Part shown: positions 10,734 to 22,925 of the stretch, piece by piece
Layout: each line of letters starts with the position of its first letter
Numbering within the stretch: the first letter of the stretch is position 1
Source: Syntrophales bacterium
Lineage (GTDB): Bacteria > Desulfobacterota > Syntrophia > Syntrophales > UBA2210
Direction of reading: 5' to 3'
Assembly (NCBI GenBank): GCA_963662405.2
Contig: CAXXKT010000003.1
Coordinates: 448,001-512,000, forward strand
Length of the DNA: 64,000 nt
Made by a program: the position numbers and the translations under genes
Notes under the pieces: generated by a model
The model's input: only the letters and a program-made list of their open reading frames with translations
Told to the model about the DNA's origin: nothing
The model's database searches: none

Positions 10734-12712
10734 GCACAAAATCGAAAAAATGGCTGAGATTCAGGGTGGTGTCACTGATGGTCTTTTTCCTCGTGCTGTA
10801 TGTGGCGTTGGTCTCGCGGGCCTTTCAGCTCCAGGTTGTCTCGGGGGAGACCCTGGGATCGCTTGCCGACAGACAGCACAAAAAGAGCCTGACATTGAAT
10901 CCGGAGCGCCGATTTATATTTGACCGGAACGGGCAGAAACTGGCCGCCACCATCATGGCCGATTCCGTCTATGTTGATCCATCGTCCGTGCAGGATCAGC
11001 GGAAGGTTGCATCGAAACTCTCCTCCGTTCTGGGCATTAAGAGAAGGGATGTTACGCGAGAGCTTGCAAATCAGGGGAGTTTTCGCTGGATTGCCCGGCA
11101 GATCTCTCCGGCGGGAGCGGAACGTATCAGCGCCATGGATCTGAAGGGGGTGCACCTGGTGCGGGAACCAAAGAGATTCTATCCGCACCGAGAGATGGCA
11201 TGTCACCTTCTCGGCTTTGCCGGTCTCGATTCCACCGGTCTTGAGGGATTGGAATTGCAATACGATGACTATCTCAAGGGTGTTCCCCAGGGGGTGGTGT
11301 GGGGACGAGACGCACGCGGACACCGGATCTATCTGGATGATGACGCGGGGAATGGCTCAAACGACAGAAGCTGCAGCCTCTTTTTGACTATTGATAGTAA
11401 GATCCAGTACATTGTTGAATCGCAGCTGCACAACGCCATAGAGCGAACCGGTGCCAAAGGGGGGAGTATTATCGTGATGGACCCCCGAACCGGTGAAGTC
11501 CTGGCGATGGCCAATGGGCCCAGCTTCAATCTCAACACCTTTTCCACCTATCCTGCGGATGCCAGACGAAACAGGGCCGTCACCGATTGCTTCGACCCCG
11601 GTTCGGTCTTCAAACCCTTTGTCGCCGCCGCCGCTTTTGATGAGGGGGTTGTGGAGGAAACGGACCTGTTTAATTGCGAGGATGGGCTCTATGTGGTGGA
11701 TGACCGGATAATCCATGAGGCACAGAATAAGAAGTATCAGGAACTGACACCCGCGGATATTCTCAAACACTCCAGCAATATAGGGATTGTCAAGATAGCG
11801 GAAAAGCTCGGGAAAGATCGCTTTCACCACTACATTACCCGATTCGGATTCGGTTCGAAGACAGGGGTCGATCTCCCCGGAGAATCGGCGGGGATCCTGA
11901 GGGCTCCTCATGAATGGCGCGATGTTGACTTCGCAACGATGGCCTTTGGTCAGGGACTCTCGGTGACCCCCCTCCAACTCGTGAGTGCCATGTGTTCCAT
12001 AGCGAACGGCGGTGTCCTGATGAAACCGTATGTTGTACGATGCCTGGTGGACAAAAAAGGGGACGTCATCAAACAGTTCGAACCGGTTGCCGTCAGGCGG
12101 GTGATATCTGAGGAGACTGCGCGAAGGGTTGCCTCTATCCTCACCGGTGTGGTGGACGGAGAGGGGGGGACCGGCAGGAATGCCCACATCGTGAATCTTC
12201 CCGTGGCCGGGAAGACGGGTACATCGCAGAAGTTTGACTTTTCTACGGGACGGTACTCCTCAAAAAAGGTGGCGGCTTCATTCATCGGCTTTTTCCCCGC
12301 TGACGATCCCCAGATGGTTATTCTCGTCGTTTTGGATGAACCGAAGATTGACAGATGGGGTGGTGTTGCGGCTGCACCGGTTTTTAAGAGGGTTTCGGAA
12401 CAGATACTGAGATGCTCCAACAGCAGCATGGAGGTTCCGGAAGTCGCCGAGGAGCGTAACGGCACGAAACGCAGGATTATGCAGGTATCTGCCGTGGCGG
12501 CGGATATGCCCCGTCTCGACGTTATTGTTGATCAATCGGTAATCCCCGATTTTGCCGGGCTCTCCATGCGAGAGGCCCTGCGGATCGCTCAGAGAAGGGG
12601 GATGGAGATACGAACTGCGGGGAGTGGTTGGGCCGTGAATCAGAACCCCGCTCCCGGCACCCCTATAGAGGGGAATCGCCCCTGCTATGTCCTGTTTGAT
12701 AGTGGAGGATGA
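10730..12712 (+). CDS. ftsI: Penicillin-binding protein FtsI with C-terminal PASTA domain
   Basis: SxxK (PGSVFK), SxN (SSN) and KTG motifs; dcw position. Confidence 0.94.
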   Translation: MSTKSKKWLRFRVVSLMVFFLVLYVALVSRAFQLQVVSGETLGSLADRQHKKSLTLNPERRFIFDRNGQKLAATIMADSVYVDPSSVQDQRKVASKLSSVLGIKRRDVTRELANQGSFRWIARQISPAGAERISAMDLKGVHLVREPKRFYPHREMACHLLGFAGLDSTGLEGLELQYDDYLKGVPQGVVWGRDARGHRIYLDDDAGNGSNDRSCSLFLTIDSKIQYIVESQLHNAIERTGAKGGSIIVMDPRTGEVLAMANGPSFNLNTFSTYPADARRNRAVTDCFDPGSVFKPFVAAAAFDEGVVEETDLFNCEDGLYVVDDRIIHEAQNKKYQELTPADILKHSSNIGIVKIAEKLGKDRFHHYITRFGFGSKTGVDLPGESAGILRAPHEWRDVDFATMAFGQGLSVTPLQLVSAMCSIANGGVLMKPYVVRCLVDKKGDVIKQFEPVAVRRVISEETARRVASILTGVVDGEGGTGRNAHIVNLPVAGKTGTSQKFDFSTGRYSSKKVAASFIGFFPADDPQMVILVVLDEPKIDRWGGVAAAPVFKRVSEQILRCSNSSMEVPEVAEERNGTKRRIMQVSAVAADMPRLDVIVDQSVIPDFAGLSMREALRIAQRRGMEIRTAGSGWAVNQNPAPGTPIEGNRPCYVLFDSGG

Positions 12713-14244
12713 AGGGGAGACCCGTCATGAATATCTCATGTCTGCTGGATGGAGTGGATATCCTCGATGTATCGGGCGATATATCAGGCGAGGTCTCCGG
12801 TCTGTGTCATGATTCGCGGCAATGCTCCAAAGGGTCCGTATTTGTAGCCGTTTCAGGTACTCAATTCGATGGGCACGATTTTATTGCCGGGGCGGTGGAG
12901 CGCGGGGCTCGGTGTGTCGTGTACGATAAAGAGGACCTGTCCCCCGTGCCGTCGGCGACCTGCATACGGGTGAGAGATAGTCGTCTCGCCCTCGCGACAC
13001 TCGGGAGGAATTTCTACGGCAATCCTTCCCGTCGTCTCTGCTTGATCGGGGTGACCGGGACGAACGGTAAGACGACGGTGACCTATCTCATGGAGTCGAT
13101 TCTGCGGGCCGCCGGGTTCTCCACAGGGGTGATCGGGACGGTCAATTACCGGTATGGAGGCACGGCCTTCCCGGCCCCCCACACGACACCCGAATCGATC
13201 GAACTCCAAAAAATGCTCAGAGAAATGGCCGATGCCGGAGTAACACACGTGGTGATGGAGGTCTCGTCGCACGCGATCGATCTGAAACGTATCTATGGTT
13301 GTGAGTATGACCTTGGCATATTTACGAATCTTTCCAGCGAACATCTTGATTATCACCGAACGATGGAGGAATACTTCCAGGTCAAAAAGAGATTTTTTGA
13401 TGATCTGGTCGCCGGACATGCCGTGGTGGTCAATGTGGATGACCACTGGGGGGCGAGACTCCGCAGGGAAATGCGGACGCGGGTGGTGACCGTGGGCGCG
13501 GATGAGCCCTGCGACATATCCCCTGCCGACGTTGTCTTTTCCCTGGAGGGTATCCATGCCCGCATACGCGCAGCCGGTTGTGAATTTTCTGTCGCCTCTT
13601 CTCTGACCGGGAGGTTCAATCTCTCTAATATTTTAACCGCTACCGCCGGGGCCCTGTCGCTCGGGGTATCGCCGGAGATGATCCGATCGGGGCTTGAGGC
13701 CCTGAAAGCTGTTCCGGGTCGCCTGGAACGGGTGAGCCGACCGGGAGAGCCGGTGGTCTTCGTGGATTATGCCCATACGGGGGATGCCCTTGATAAGGTG
13801 CTCGGAACCCTCTCCGAGTTCAGAGAAAAAAGGATTATAACGGTTTTTGGATGTGGCGGTGACCGGGATCGCACGAAACGGCCCGAGATGGGGAGACTCG
13901 CGGCGGCGATGAGCGATCTGACCATTATCACTTCGGATAACCCGAGGATGGAGGATCCCCTACGGATCATAGAGGAGATAGAGAGGGGGATCGACGCCGC
14001 GACGGTCAGATATACCCCGAAAGAGGTCGCTGGTGGTCTTGCCGGAAAAGGGTACACGATCATGCCGGACCGGCGAGCCGCTATTGGTCTGGCGTTATCC
14101 ATCGCCGATGAGTCGGATATCGTTCTGATTGCGGGGAAGGGGCACGAAGATTACCAGATCGTGGGGACCCGCAGATTCGCTTTCGATGACAGGGTGATTG
14201 CCCGGGAGGTCCTTTCCGGTCGCAGGGTAGGAGGCACGTGTTGA
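12709..14244 (+). CDS. murE: UDP-MurNAc-dipeptide:meso-DAP ligase MurE
   Basis: GTNGKTT, MEVSSH, DYAHT, and DNPR (DAP-type); start may be 12727. Confidence 0.96.
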   Translation: MKGRPVMNISCLLDGVDILDVSGDISGEVSGLCHDSRQCSKGSVFVAVSGTQFDGHDFIAGAVERGARCVVYDKEDLSPVPSATCIRVRDSRLALATLGRNFYGNPSRRLCLIGVTGTNGKTTVTYLMESILRAAGFSTGVIGTVNYRYGGTAFPAPHTTPESIELQKMLREMADAGVTHVVMEVSSHAIDLKRIYGCEYDLGIFTNLSSEHLDYHRTMEEYFQVKKRFFDDLVAGHAVVVNVDDHWGARLRREMRTRVVTVGADEPCDISPADVVFSLEGIHARIRAAGCEFSVASSLTGRFNLSNILTATAGALSLGVSPEMIRSGLEALKAVPGRLERVSRPGEPVVFVDYAHTGDALDKVLGTLSEFREKRIITVFGCGGDRDRTKRPEMGRLAAAMSDLTIITSDNPRMEDPLRIIEEIERGIDAATVRYTPKEVAGGLAGKGYTIMPDRRAAIGLALSIADESDIVLIAGKGHEDYQIVGTRRFAFDDRVIAREVLSGRRVGGTC

Positions 14245-15656
14245 AGGAGAAGACAGCGCCCATACTGAAGGTTGAAGAAGTCGTGAGGGCGACGGGGGGG
14301 ACCCTCGCTCGAGGGAATCCCGCGCTTTCGTTCGAGGGGGTTTCGATCGATTCACGGGGGGTGATCGCGGGCAATCTCTTCATCCCTCTCGCGGGAGAGC
14401 GGTTCGACGGCCATGGCTTTATCCCGGATGCGGTGCGCCATGGGGCCGCGGGGGTGCTTGTCGGACGGGAAGCGGCAGGATGGACGGCTCACATCGAGGG
14501 TGATGTCTCCGTGATTCTTGTTGATGATACCCTGCGCGCACTGGGGGATCTCGCCAATTCGTGGAGAAATCTCTTTACCGTTCCGGTCGTGGCGGTCACG
14601 GGCAGTTCCGGCAAGACGACGACGAAAGAGATGATAGCCACGGTGGCGGGGCTGGCCGGGGCGGTTTTGAAGAGCAGAGGGAATTACAACAACCTGGTCG
14701 GGCTCCCTCTGAGCCTCTTCGAGTTGCGTGAAGAACATGAGATGGCCGTCGTTGAACTGGGGACCAACACGAGGGGAGAAATCGCGAGGCTTGCCGCCAT
14801 AGCCGATCCGAATATCGGTGTGATCACCAATATCGGGCCGGCTCACCTGGAGGGGTTCGGATCTCTCCAGGCGGTCATGGAGGAAAAGGGAGACCTCTTT
14901 TCCCATATGAGAGATCAGGGAACGGCGGTTTTTAACCGGGATGATCCCCTGTCACGGACCTTGGCCGAGCGATGGGGGGGGAGGAACATTGGGTTCGGGA
15001 TAGAGGAAAACGCCTTTGTGAGGGCGGAGCGCATCTTTATGAGAGGTGAGCGGGGTGTGAGTTTCACCCTCAATATGGGGGAAATCGGGAAGGGGATTGA
15101 TATGACCGTCGTCGGCAGGCACAACATCTACAATGCCCTGGCCTGTGCGGCCGCCTGCTGGGCCCTGGAGATCCCCTACGACCTGATCTGTGAAGGACTG
15201 TCGGCATTCAGGCAGATTACGAGCCGCATGGAGCTGCACCGCTTGAGAGGCGGCGGTACCGTTATTAACGATACCTACAATGCGAACCCCGCTTCAGTCA
15301 GGGCGGCCCTCGAGACATTACATGATCTCAAAGGAAGGAATGAGAGCGTTGTCATATTGGGAGATATGCTCGAACTGGGAGAAGAGGCCGAGAGACTGCA
15401 CGAGGAAATCGGCAAGGTAATTGCCGACACCGGCGTCGGAGCCCTTTTCCTCAAGGGGGATTTTTCAGAGGCCGTGATACGAGGGGCACTGGAAGGGGGT
15501 TTTGACAGGGAGCGTGTCTACCCCGCCGAAAACCCGGACATGATCATGGATCAACTCCGGGTAATGATCCGAGAGGGAGATTGGATCCTGATAAAGGGGT
15601 CGCGGAAAATGCGGATGGAAGAATTTCTCGCCGCCATCTTGGATGCGTGCGGGTGA
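14238..15656 (+). CDS. murF: UDP-MurNAc-tripeptide:D-Ala-D-Ala ligase MurF
   Basis: GSSGKTTTKE, NDTYNANP, GDMLELG, KGSR. Confidence 0.95.
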   Translation: MLKEKTAPILKVEEVVRATGGTLARGNPALSFEGVSIDSRGVIAGNLFIPLAGERFDGHGFIPDAVRHGAAGVLVGREAAGWTAHIEGDVSVILVDDTLRALGDLANSWRNLFTVPVVAVTGSSGKTTTKEMIATVAGLAGAVLKSRGNYNNLVGLPLSLFELREEHEMAVVELGTNTRGEIARLAAIADPNIGVITNIGPAHLEGFGSLQAVMEEKGDLFSHMRDQGTAVFNRDDPLSRTLAERWGGRNIGFGIEENAFVRAERIFMRGERGVSFTLNMGEIGKGIDMTVVGRHNIYNALACAAACWALEIPYDLICEGLSAFRQITSRMELHRLRGGGTVINDTYNANPASVRAALETLHDLKGRNESVVILGDMLELGEEAERLHEEIGKVIADTGVGALFLKGDFSEAVIRGALEGGFDRERVYPAENPDMIMDQLRVMIREGDWILIKGSRKMRMEEFLAAILDACG

Positions 15657-15805
15657 CAGGTGCGAATTTGGATTCTCCGATGAGAGGAGAGTCGTGAAAC
15701 TACCGTATATAGTTGTTAATTTATTGTAACATACTACATAATGTGGTATGCACCGAAGGTAATGTTTCGCCCGCCGATATCAGGGGCGAAGCCGGGAAGG
15801 GATAC

Positions 15806-16882
15806 ATGATCTACCATCTGTTATATCCGCTCAGCGATACCTATTCATGGCTGAATGTATTTCGATACATCACCTTCAGGACCATATACGCGACGATCAC
15901 CGCTTTGGCCATCTGTTTCATTCTCGGACCCTGGGTGATCGGTAAGCTCCGGGCACTCAGCATCGGACAGCCGATTCGCAACGACGGTCCCGACTCGCAC
16001 TTGTTGAAGGAAGGGACTCCCACCATGGGTGGTATCCTGATTATCTTTTCCGTTGTCGTATCGACTCTCCTCTGGGTGCGGCTGACCGTCGATTATGTCT
16101 GGATCATGTTGATGGTTATGGTCGGATACGGTCTGATCGGTTTCTGCGATGATTACCGAAAGTTGTCAAACCGAAGCAAGGGAATCCCGGGGAAGGTGCG
16201 CCTGTTGGCGGAGGTTGTGATAGCCCTCTTTGTCAGTCTTCTTTTGTACGGCGATCCCGATTTCAACTCGAATCTGACCGTTCCCTTTTTCAAGACCTTG
16301 CTTCCCGATCTGGGCTGGGGGTATGTGGTTCTTTCCACCTTCATTATCGTCGGGGCGGCAAATGCGGTGAACCTGACGGATGGTCTCGACGGTCTTGCAA
16401 TCAGTCCGGCGACGATCTGTTTCGCAACCTACCTCCTCTTCGCCTATTTTGCCGGTAACATAAAAATGGCCGGGTACCTGCAGATCCCCTATGTGGCAGG
16501 GGCGGGAGAACTGACCGTCTTTTGCGGTGCGATGGTCGGGGCCGGCCTCGGTTTTCTCTGGTATAACACCTACCCCGCCCAGATATTCATGGGCGATGTG
16601 GGGTCGCTTTCTCTGGGCGGAGCCTTGGGGACGTTGGCGATCCTTACCAAGCAGGAGATCCTGCTCGCCATCGTGGGGGGTATCTTTGTGGTTGAGACTG
16701 TCTCGGTCATTTTCCAGGTGGGGTGGTTCAAGGTATCAAACGGGAACCGCATCTTCAGAATGGCGCCGATTCACCACCACTTTGAGCTGAAGGGATGGGC
16801 GGAGCCCAAGGTGATCGTTCGTTTCTGGATTATCTCCGTCATCCTGGCGCTGATCGCCGTCAGTACATTGAAGTTGCGGTAG
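15806..16882 (+). CDS. mraY: Phospho-MurNAc-pentapeptide transferase MraY
   Basis: [37 protein letters not shown] 15806 preferred. Confidence 0.96.
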   Translation: MIYHLLYPLSDTYSWLNVFRYITFRTIYATITALAICFILGPWVIGKLRALSIGQPIRNDGPDSHLLKEGTPTMGGILIIFSVVVSTLLWVRLTVDYVWIMLMVMVGYGLIGFCDDYRKLSNRSKGIPGKVRLLAEVVIALFVSLLLYGDPDFNSNLTVPFFKTLLPDLGWGYVVLSTFIIVGAANAVNLTDGLDGLAISPATICFATYLLFAYFAGNIKMAGYLQIPYVAGAGELTVFCGAMVGAGLGFLWYNTYPAQIFMGDVGSLSLGGALGTLAILTKQEILLAIVGGIFVVETVSVIFQVGWFKVSNGNRIFRMAPIHHHFELKGWAEPKVIVRFWIISVILALIAVSTLKLR

Positions 16883-16916
16883 GGCGAACGGGAAAGGCAG
16901 CCGCGGGAGCATACGG

Positions 16917-18308
16917 ATGGATTTCGAGGGAAAGACAGTCCTGGTAATCGGCCTGGGAAAGACGGGGGTGGCAACATCGCTCTTTCTTCTCGATCGGGGT
17001 GCCACGGTGTTGGCCACCGACGAGAAACCGGTTTCCGAACTGGGTAAGGGTATCGATTCCCTCAAGGGGATACCGGGTGTTGAACTGGAAATCGGGCAGG
17101 ACGATGTGGGTATCTTGTCGAGAGTGGATCTCATTGTCCCTTCACCGGGGGTTCCCCCTTTCAATCCCCTCCTGGCGGAAGGAGAGAGGAGAGGGATCAC
17201 GATCGTCAGTGAACTGGAACTCGCCTCGCGGTACGTCAGGAAACCGATCATTGCGATCACCGGGACCAATGGGAAAACGACGACGACGACCCTCTTGGGC
17301 GAAATCCTGGCACACTGCGGCAGGCGTGTCTTTGTCGGCGGCAATATCGGTGACCCGCTCATAGGGCATGTGGGCAGTGAGCAGGAGGAGGATTATATCG
17401 TTCTGGAGGTCAGCAGTTTCCAACTGCAGTGGGCCAGGGATTTTCACCCCTCTATCGCGATCCTGCTCAATGTCACCAGTGACCATATCGACTACCACGG
17501 CTCCCTTGAGGAATATCGGCTTGTCAAGGAACGGATATTCGCCCGTCAGGGACAGGGGGATCTGGCCGTCTTGAATGCGGACGATCCCCGGTCGCGCGAT
17601 CTGGCAAGGCGGCTTTCGGGCGAAGCGGTCGCCTGCTTCAGCTCGTCTTCGGTCCTGGAGCGGGGGATCTGTATCAACGGGGATGTATTGCGATACCGCA
17701 GCGGGGATTCGGATGAAGAATATCCCATTGTAAAGATACGACTCAAGGGAGGACACAATCTGGAAAATATCATGGCTGCGGTCCTTGCCGCCCGGATGTG
17801 CGGATGCCCCCCTGACGGGATATGCGATGTCCTTGCTTCTTTCCCCGGTATTGCGCACCGAACGGAGTTTGTCGGAGAGGTTGCGGGAGTTCGGTATTAC
17901 GACGATTCGAAAGGGACGAACGTGGATGCGGTATACCGCGCCCTACAGTCCTTTTCCGGTCCGGTGATTCTCCTCGTCGGGGGCAGGTACAAGGGGGGGG
18001 ATTTCGGTATCCTGACGAAGCTGCTCAGGGAACGGTGCAAGGCCCTGATCATATTCGGCGAGGCGGGCCAAAAGATAGAGAGAATGATCGGCGGTATCGT
18101 AGAGACCAGACGGGTACCAAGCATGGCGGAAGCTGTCGTTACGGCCCGCGGGATCGCTTCAGATGGAGATACGGTCCTTTTGTCACCGGGCTGTTCGAGT
18201 TTTGATGAATTCAAAAACTATGAGGAGCGGGGGGACGTATTCAAGGACATGGTTTTGCAGAGAGGTCATGAGCAGGGGAGCAGGGTATGGGAAAGCAATC
18301 TCCGGTAG
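16917..18308 (+). CDS. murD: UDP-MurNAc-L-Ala:D-Glu ligase MurD
   Basis: GTNGKTTT, EVSSFQL, DDSKGTN, LSPGCSSFD. Confidence 0.96.
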   Translation: MDFEGKTVLVIGLGKTGVATSLFLLDRGATVLATDEKPVSELGKGIDSLKGIPGVELEIGQDDVGILSRVDLIVPSPGVPPFNPLLAEGERRGITIVSELELASRYVRKPIIAITGTNGKTTTTTLLGEILAHCGRRVFVGGNIGDPLIGHVGSEQEEDYIVLEVSSFQLQWARDFHPSIAILLNVTSDHIDYHGSLEEYRLVKERIFARQGQGDLAVLNADDPRSRDLARRLSGEAVACFSSSSVLERGICINGDVLRYRSGDSDEEYPIVKIRLKGGHNLENIMAAVLAARMCGCPPDGICDVLASFPGIAHRTEFVGEVAGVRYYDDSKGTNVDAVYRALQSFSGPVILLVGGRYKGGDFGILTKLLRERCKALIIFGEAGQKIERMIGGIVETRRVPSMAEAVVTARGIASDGDTVLLSPGCSSFDEFKNYEERGDVFKDMVLQRGHEQGSRVWESNLR

Positions 18309-19423
18309 CGAGCGGCAGGCCGGACATTACGCTCTTCATCGTTACGATTGTCCTGGTCGTCATCGGGACGGTGATGATCTACAGCTCCAGTTCCATCATT
18401 GCCATGGAGAAATATGGCGACGGGTACCACTACATCAAGAAACAGATCGTCTTTGTCCTGCTCGGTCTCGGCATCATGATCGGGGTCTCCAAGGTGCCGT
18501 ACCGGTTCCTCAGAAAGGTGGCGTATCCCGGCGTGTTCATGGCGATAGCCCTTTTGTCTTTGCTTATGGTCCCCGGTGTCGGGACAACGGTGGGAGGGGC
18601 CACGCGGTGGATCCGGGTGGGGGGCATCTCTTTCCAGGTATCCGAACTGGTGAAGATCCTGTTGGTCGTATTCTTGGCCCACTACCTGACAAAGAAGATA
18701 GCCCACATAAAGGAGTTCTCACGTGTTTTCCTGGTCCCGCTGGCGTTTCTTGTGGTCATTCTCGGCCTCGTATTGTGCCAGCCTGATTTCGGGACGGCCG
18801 CTATCATGGTGATGGTATCCATGCTGATGTTTTATCTGGCGGGGAGCAGGCTTGTCTTTCTGGCCGGTCTCACGGCGGCGGCGATCCCCGTGGGCGTGAT
18901 CCTGATCATGCAGGAAAGCTACCGTATGCGGCGACTGATGTCTTTTCTCAATCCATGGGATGACCCCACCAGGACCGGATTCCAGATCATCCAGTCGTTC
19001 ATCTCTTTCGGTTCCGGCGGTACCTTCGGTGTGGGGCTGGGAAACAGTATGCAGAAGCTCTTTTATCTCCCCGAACCGCATACGGATTTTATCCTTGCGG
19101 TTATCGCCGAAGAGAGCGGGTTTTTCGGGGTTACGGTTATCATCCTGCTCTTCTCGTTCCTTGCCCTTCGGGGGTTCGTGATTTCGTTTCGGTGCCCGGA
19201 TCTGTTCGGAATGCTCCTGGCCGCCGGTCTCACCACCGTGATCGCGATGGAGGCATTTATCAATATGGCGGCGGTGATGGGGCTTATCCCTACCAAGGGG
19301 TTGGTGCTTCCCTTTCTCAGTTACGGGGGTACCTCATTGATGGTGTGTATGTTGGTGATCGGGATACTGTTGAATATTTCTTCCCATCAGGGAAGTGAAG
19401 CGGTGAGTCGGGAGACTCCATGA
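18287..19423 (+). CDS. ftsW: SEDS peptidoglycan polymerase FtsW
   Basis: GATRWI, QPDFGT, YLPEPHTDFI, LPFLSYGG. Confidence 0.95.
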   Translation: MGKQSPVASGRPDITLFIVTIVLVVIGTVMIYSSSSIIAMEKYGDGYHYIKKQIVFVLLGLGIMIGVSKVPYRFLRKVAYPGVFMAIALLSLLMVPGVGTTVGGATRWIRVGGISFQVSELVKILLVVFLAHYLTKKIAHIKEFSRVFLVPLAFLVVILGLVLCQPDFGTAAIMVMVSMLMFYLAGSRLVFLAGLTAAAIPVGVILIMQESYRMRRLMSFLNPWDDPTRTGFQIIQSFISFGSGGTFGVGLGNSMQKLFYLPEPHTDFILAVIAEESGFFGVTVIILLFSFLALRGFVISFRCPDLFGMLLAAGLTTVIAMEAFINMAAVMGLIPTKGLVLPFLSYGGTSLMVCMLVIGILLNISSHQGSEAVSRETP

Positions 19424-19483
19424 CCGGACCGGCAGGACGATGTGAAGGGCCTATATCGTGGTCGGATTTTCTGTGTGATGTGT

Positions 19484-20608
19484 ATGAAACAAAAGAGGAA
19501 CAAACTGGTGATAGCCGGCGGCGGGACGGGAGGTCACCTCTTTCCCGCGGTGGCAATTGCCGAGGAATTTCTGGGGCGCTCTGAGATGAACGAGGTCCTC
19601 TTCATAGGAACGCAGAGAGGACTGGAGGCACGTCTCCTCCCCGGCCTGGGCTTTGTGCTTCGCACCATTACCGTGCAGGGGATGAAAGGGCTGGGTGTGA
19701 GGGGAATGGTCGCCGGTCTCCTGAAAATTCCGCGGGGGTTCGCACAGTCGTTCTCCGTCCTGCGTGAGTTTCGTCCCGATATCACGGTGGGTGTTGGCGG
19801 TTATGCGTCAGGCCCCGCCGTGTTGGCGGCCCATTGGATGGGAATCAGGACGGCGGTGGCCGAACAGAACGCCATCCCGGGGTTTACCAACCGGATGCTC
19901 GGCCGTTTTGTTGACCGGGTATTTCTGACCTTCCCCGACAGGGAAGGACGGTTTGCACCCGCGAAAACGATCGTGACGGGAAACCCCGTGAGAAAGGAAT
20001 TCTTTGAAGGGATATCGCCATCATCAGAAAAAGAGAAGGACAGCTTCTCCATCCTCGTCTTCGGGGGGAGCCAGGGGGCTCGGGCCATCAACCGGACGAT
20101 CGTGGAGAGTATGGGGTATCTCGATGACCTGAAGGAGCGGCTTATCATTACTCACCAAACGGGGACATCGGATCTTGACGAGGTGACGGCTGCCTATCGT
20201 GACCTGAACATAGCGGCCGATGTGCGCCCCTTTATCGGCGATATGCCGACGGCATACGGGGCGGCGGATCTCTTGATATGCCGGGCGGGAGCGACCACCA
20301 TCGCCGAGATTACCGCCGTGGGGAAGGCGGCGATCCTGATCCCGTTCCCCTTCGCGGTCGGGGGACATCAAGAGTTGAATGCGCGTGTCCTCGCGGATGC
20401 GGGGGCGGCGGAGATGATCCGGGAGGATGCCCTTGACGGAAGAGCGCTTGCCGGGGTCATCAGGGTGCTTGCCGGGCATCCGGAGCGGATACGAAGAATG
20501 GAAACCGAATCGAAGAAGCTGGGAAACATACAAGCGGCTGGGCGGATCGTCGACGAATGCATGGCGCTCTTGGATGAAGGTACGGCACAGGAGGTCGGGA
20601 GGGCCTGA
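19484..20608 (+). CDS. murG: Lipid II GlcNAc transferase MurG
   Basis: [27 protein letters not shown]; start uncertain (19442-19484). Confidence 0.95.
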   Translation: MKQKRNKLVIAGGGTGGHLFPAVAIAEEFLGRSEMNEVLFIGTQRGLEARLLPGLGFVLRTITVQGMKGLGVRGMVAGLLKIPRGFAQSFSVLREFRPDITVGVGGYASGPAVLAAHWMGIRTAVAEQNAIPGFTNRMLGRFVDRVFLTFPDREGRFAPAKTIVTGNPVRKEFFEGISPSSEKEKDSFSILVFGGSQGARAINRTIVESMGYLDDLKERLIITHQTGTSDLDEVTAAYRDLNIAADVRPFIGDMPTAYGAADLLICRAGATTIAEITAVGKAAILIPFPFAVGGHQELNARVLADAGAAEMIREDALDGRALAGVIRVLAGHPERIRRMETESKKLGNIQAAGRIVDECMALLDEGTAQEVGRA

Positions 20609-21981
20609 TGTACAGAAAGATAAAGAAGATACATTTCGTCGGGATCGGCGGCATCGGCATGAGCGGGATTGCCGAAGTCCTCATGAATCTCGGATACACG
20701 ATCAGCGGGTCGGATCTGGAACGGTCCGATATCACGGCGAGGCTGGAGTCGCTCGGGGCCGTCGTTTCTTACGGGCACCGGTCGTCGAACCTCACCGATG
20801 TCGATGTGGTGGTCAAGTCAACGGCCGTCGGCGAAGACAACCCCGAGGTCGTGGAGGCCCACAGCAGAAACATCCCGGTTATCCCGCGGGCGGAGATGCT
20901 GGCCGAGCTTTTAAAGCTGAAGTACTCCATTGCCGTGTCGGGATGTCACGGAAAGACGACCACCACCTCGATGATCTCGACGGTCCTCGCCCACGGCGGT
21001 CTCGATCCGACGATGGTGATCGGGGGGAGGCTGGACAGTATCGGGAGCAATGCCCGTCTGGGAGAGGGGGATTTTATCGTCGCCGAGGCGGATGAGAGCG
21101 ACGGCTCGTTCCTCCGGCTGAACCCGTATCTCGCCGTCATCACCAATATCGATCGCGAACACCTGGACTACTACCCCGGAATCGGCGAGATCAAGGACGC
21201 CTTTCTGCAGTTTGCCAACTCGGTCCCCTTTTACGGGTCTGTCATACTGTGCGGTGATTGTGACAATGCGCGGGACATCCTCCCGCGGATCAAGCGAAAG
21301 ACCATTACCTATGGAATCTATCAAGAAGCGGATTTCCGGGCCGCCGACATATCATTCGAAGGCCTGATCTCGCGCTTTTCGCTTTTCCAGCAGGGGAAGG
21401 CCCTGGGGGAAGTGGAACTCAGTGTTCCGGGTCTGTTTAATGTGTACAATGCCATGGCCACCGTGGCCGTCGGGATGGAACTCGGCATGGAATTCCCCGC
21501 CATACGGGAGGGGATACAGACCTATCGGGGTGTCCATCGCCGTCTGGAGATCAAGGGGGAGGCCGGTGACGTGACGGTGGTCGACGATTACGGGCATCAC
21601 CCGACCGAGATCAAGGCGGTACTGGCGGCGGCGAAAAACGTATGGAAAGGGAGGCGTATCGTTGTCTTTCAACCGCACCGGTACACGCGCACCCATGCCC
21701 TCTTTGACGATTTCCTGGATTCATTTGATGACGCCGATGCCCTTATCCTGACGGACATCTATGCCGCCAGCGAGAAGGAGATACAGGGCGTGCATTCCAT
21801 CAATCTGAGCAGGGCCATCCAGGATCACGGCCATGGGGATGTGACCTATCTGTCTGGATTCAATGAAATCATCGATCACCTGTGCGCCGTCACACGGCCG
21901 GGTGACGTGGTCATGACCCTGGGTGCGGGTAATGTGTGGAAGATCGGTGAGGATCTGCTGAAAAGGCTGAGAGGGGCGTGA
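20608..21981 (+). CDS. murC: UDP-MurNAc:L-Ala ligase MurC
   Basis: [37 protein letters not shown]. Confidence 0.96.
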   Translation: MYRKIKKIHFVGIGGIGMSGIAEVLMNLGYTISGSDLERSDITARLESLGAVVSYGHRSSNLTDVDVVVKSTAVGEDNPEVVEAHSRNIPVIPRAEMLAELLKLKYSIAVSGCHGKTTTTSMISTVLAHGGLDPTMVIGGRLDSIGSNARLGEGDFIVAEADESDGSFLRLNPYLAVITNIDREHLDYYPGIGEIKDAFLQFANSVPFYGSVILCGDCDNARDILPRIKRKTITYGIYQEADFRAADISFEGLISRFSLFQQGKALGEVELSVPGLFNVYNAMATVAVGMELGMEFPAIREGIQTYRGVHRRLEIKGEAGDVTVVDDYGHHPTEIKAVLAAAKNVWKGRRIVVFQPHRYTRTHALFDDFLDSFDDADALILTDIYAASEKEIQGVHSINLSRAIQDHGHGDVTYLSGFNEIIDHLCAVTRPGDVVMTLGAGNVWKIGEDLLKRLRGA

Positions 21982-22925
21982 GGGGAGCCGTCGGGATGAT
22001 CATGGACACGCAGATCAGACAAGATATAGCGGCTATCGTTGCCGGGGAGGTCCTCTTCGATGAGCCCATGTCGGCTCACACATCGATGGGTGTCGGAGGG
22101 AGGGCCGACGTGCTGGTTTCCCCACGGAACGGGGGCTCCTTGAAAACCCTCCTCTCGTTCCTCCTGGAGGCGGGAATTCCCTTCCTGCCCATCGGAAACG
22201 GGACGAACCTGATTGTCAGGGACGGGGGATACCGGGGGGTACTGATCTCCGTGAAGGCGCTTCGAAAACTCGTGGTGACGGGAACGGATGATGCCGGCGG
22301 TGTCCGCCTCCACGCTCAGGCGGGGGTTTCCTGCTCCGAACTGGTTGATTTTTCGATCAGGAAATCCCTGGCCGGGATGGAATTTTGCGCGGGAATACCG
22401 GGGAGTATCGGGGGTGGCGTGAGGATGAATGCCGGTGCATGGGGGAGGGAGATGAAGGACGTCGTGACATCGGTCTTTCTTATCAACGGTACGGCGAAGG
22501 AGCGAGAGATACGAAGAGACGATCTCCTCTTTTCATATCGGAATCTTGCACTCCCCGACGGGGCGATCATTACCGGCGCCGATTTTTACCTCAACCCGGG
22601 TGATGGGGAGGGCATTCGTGAACGGATCGAACAGATCATCGCAACGCGGAAGAAACGGCATCCTCTGACGTACCGAAGCGCCGGTTCCGTCTTTAAGAAC
22701 CCCTCGGTCAGTCCGGCGGGGAAACTGATCGAAGAGGTCGGTCTCAAAGGGTTCAGGATAGGGGGCGCGGAGGTATCCGAGAAACATGGTAACTTTATCG
22801 TGAACCGGGGGGGCGCGACGGCGGCCGATGTCATCGCCCTGATTGAAATGGTTAGAGACCGGGTTCGGGATGAACGGGAGATCACCCTTGAGATGGAATT
22901 GCAGATCATAGGGGACGAGGCATGA
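21978..22925 (+). CDS. murB: UDP-N-acetylenolpyruvoylglucosamine reductase MurB
   Basis: [35 protein letters not shown]. Confidence 0.95.
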   Translation: MRGAVGMIMDTQIRQDIAAIVAGEVLFDEPMSAHTSMGVGGRADVLVSPRNGGSLKTLLSFLLEAGIPFLPIGNGTNLIVRDGGYRGVLISVKALRKLVVTGTDDAGGVRLHAQAGVSCSELVDFSIRKSLAGMEFCAGIPGSIGGGVRMNAGAWGREMKDVVTSVFLINGTAKEREIRRDDLLFSYRNLALPDGAIITGADFYLNPGDGEGIRERIEQIIATRKKRHPLTYRSAGSVFKNPSVSPAGKLIEEVGLKGFRIGGAEVSEKHGNFIVNRGGATAADVIALIEMVRDRVRDEREITLEMELQIIGDEA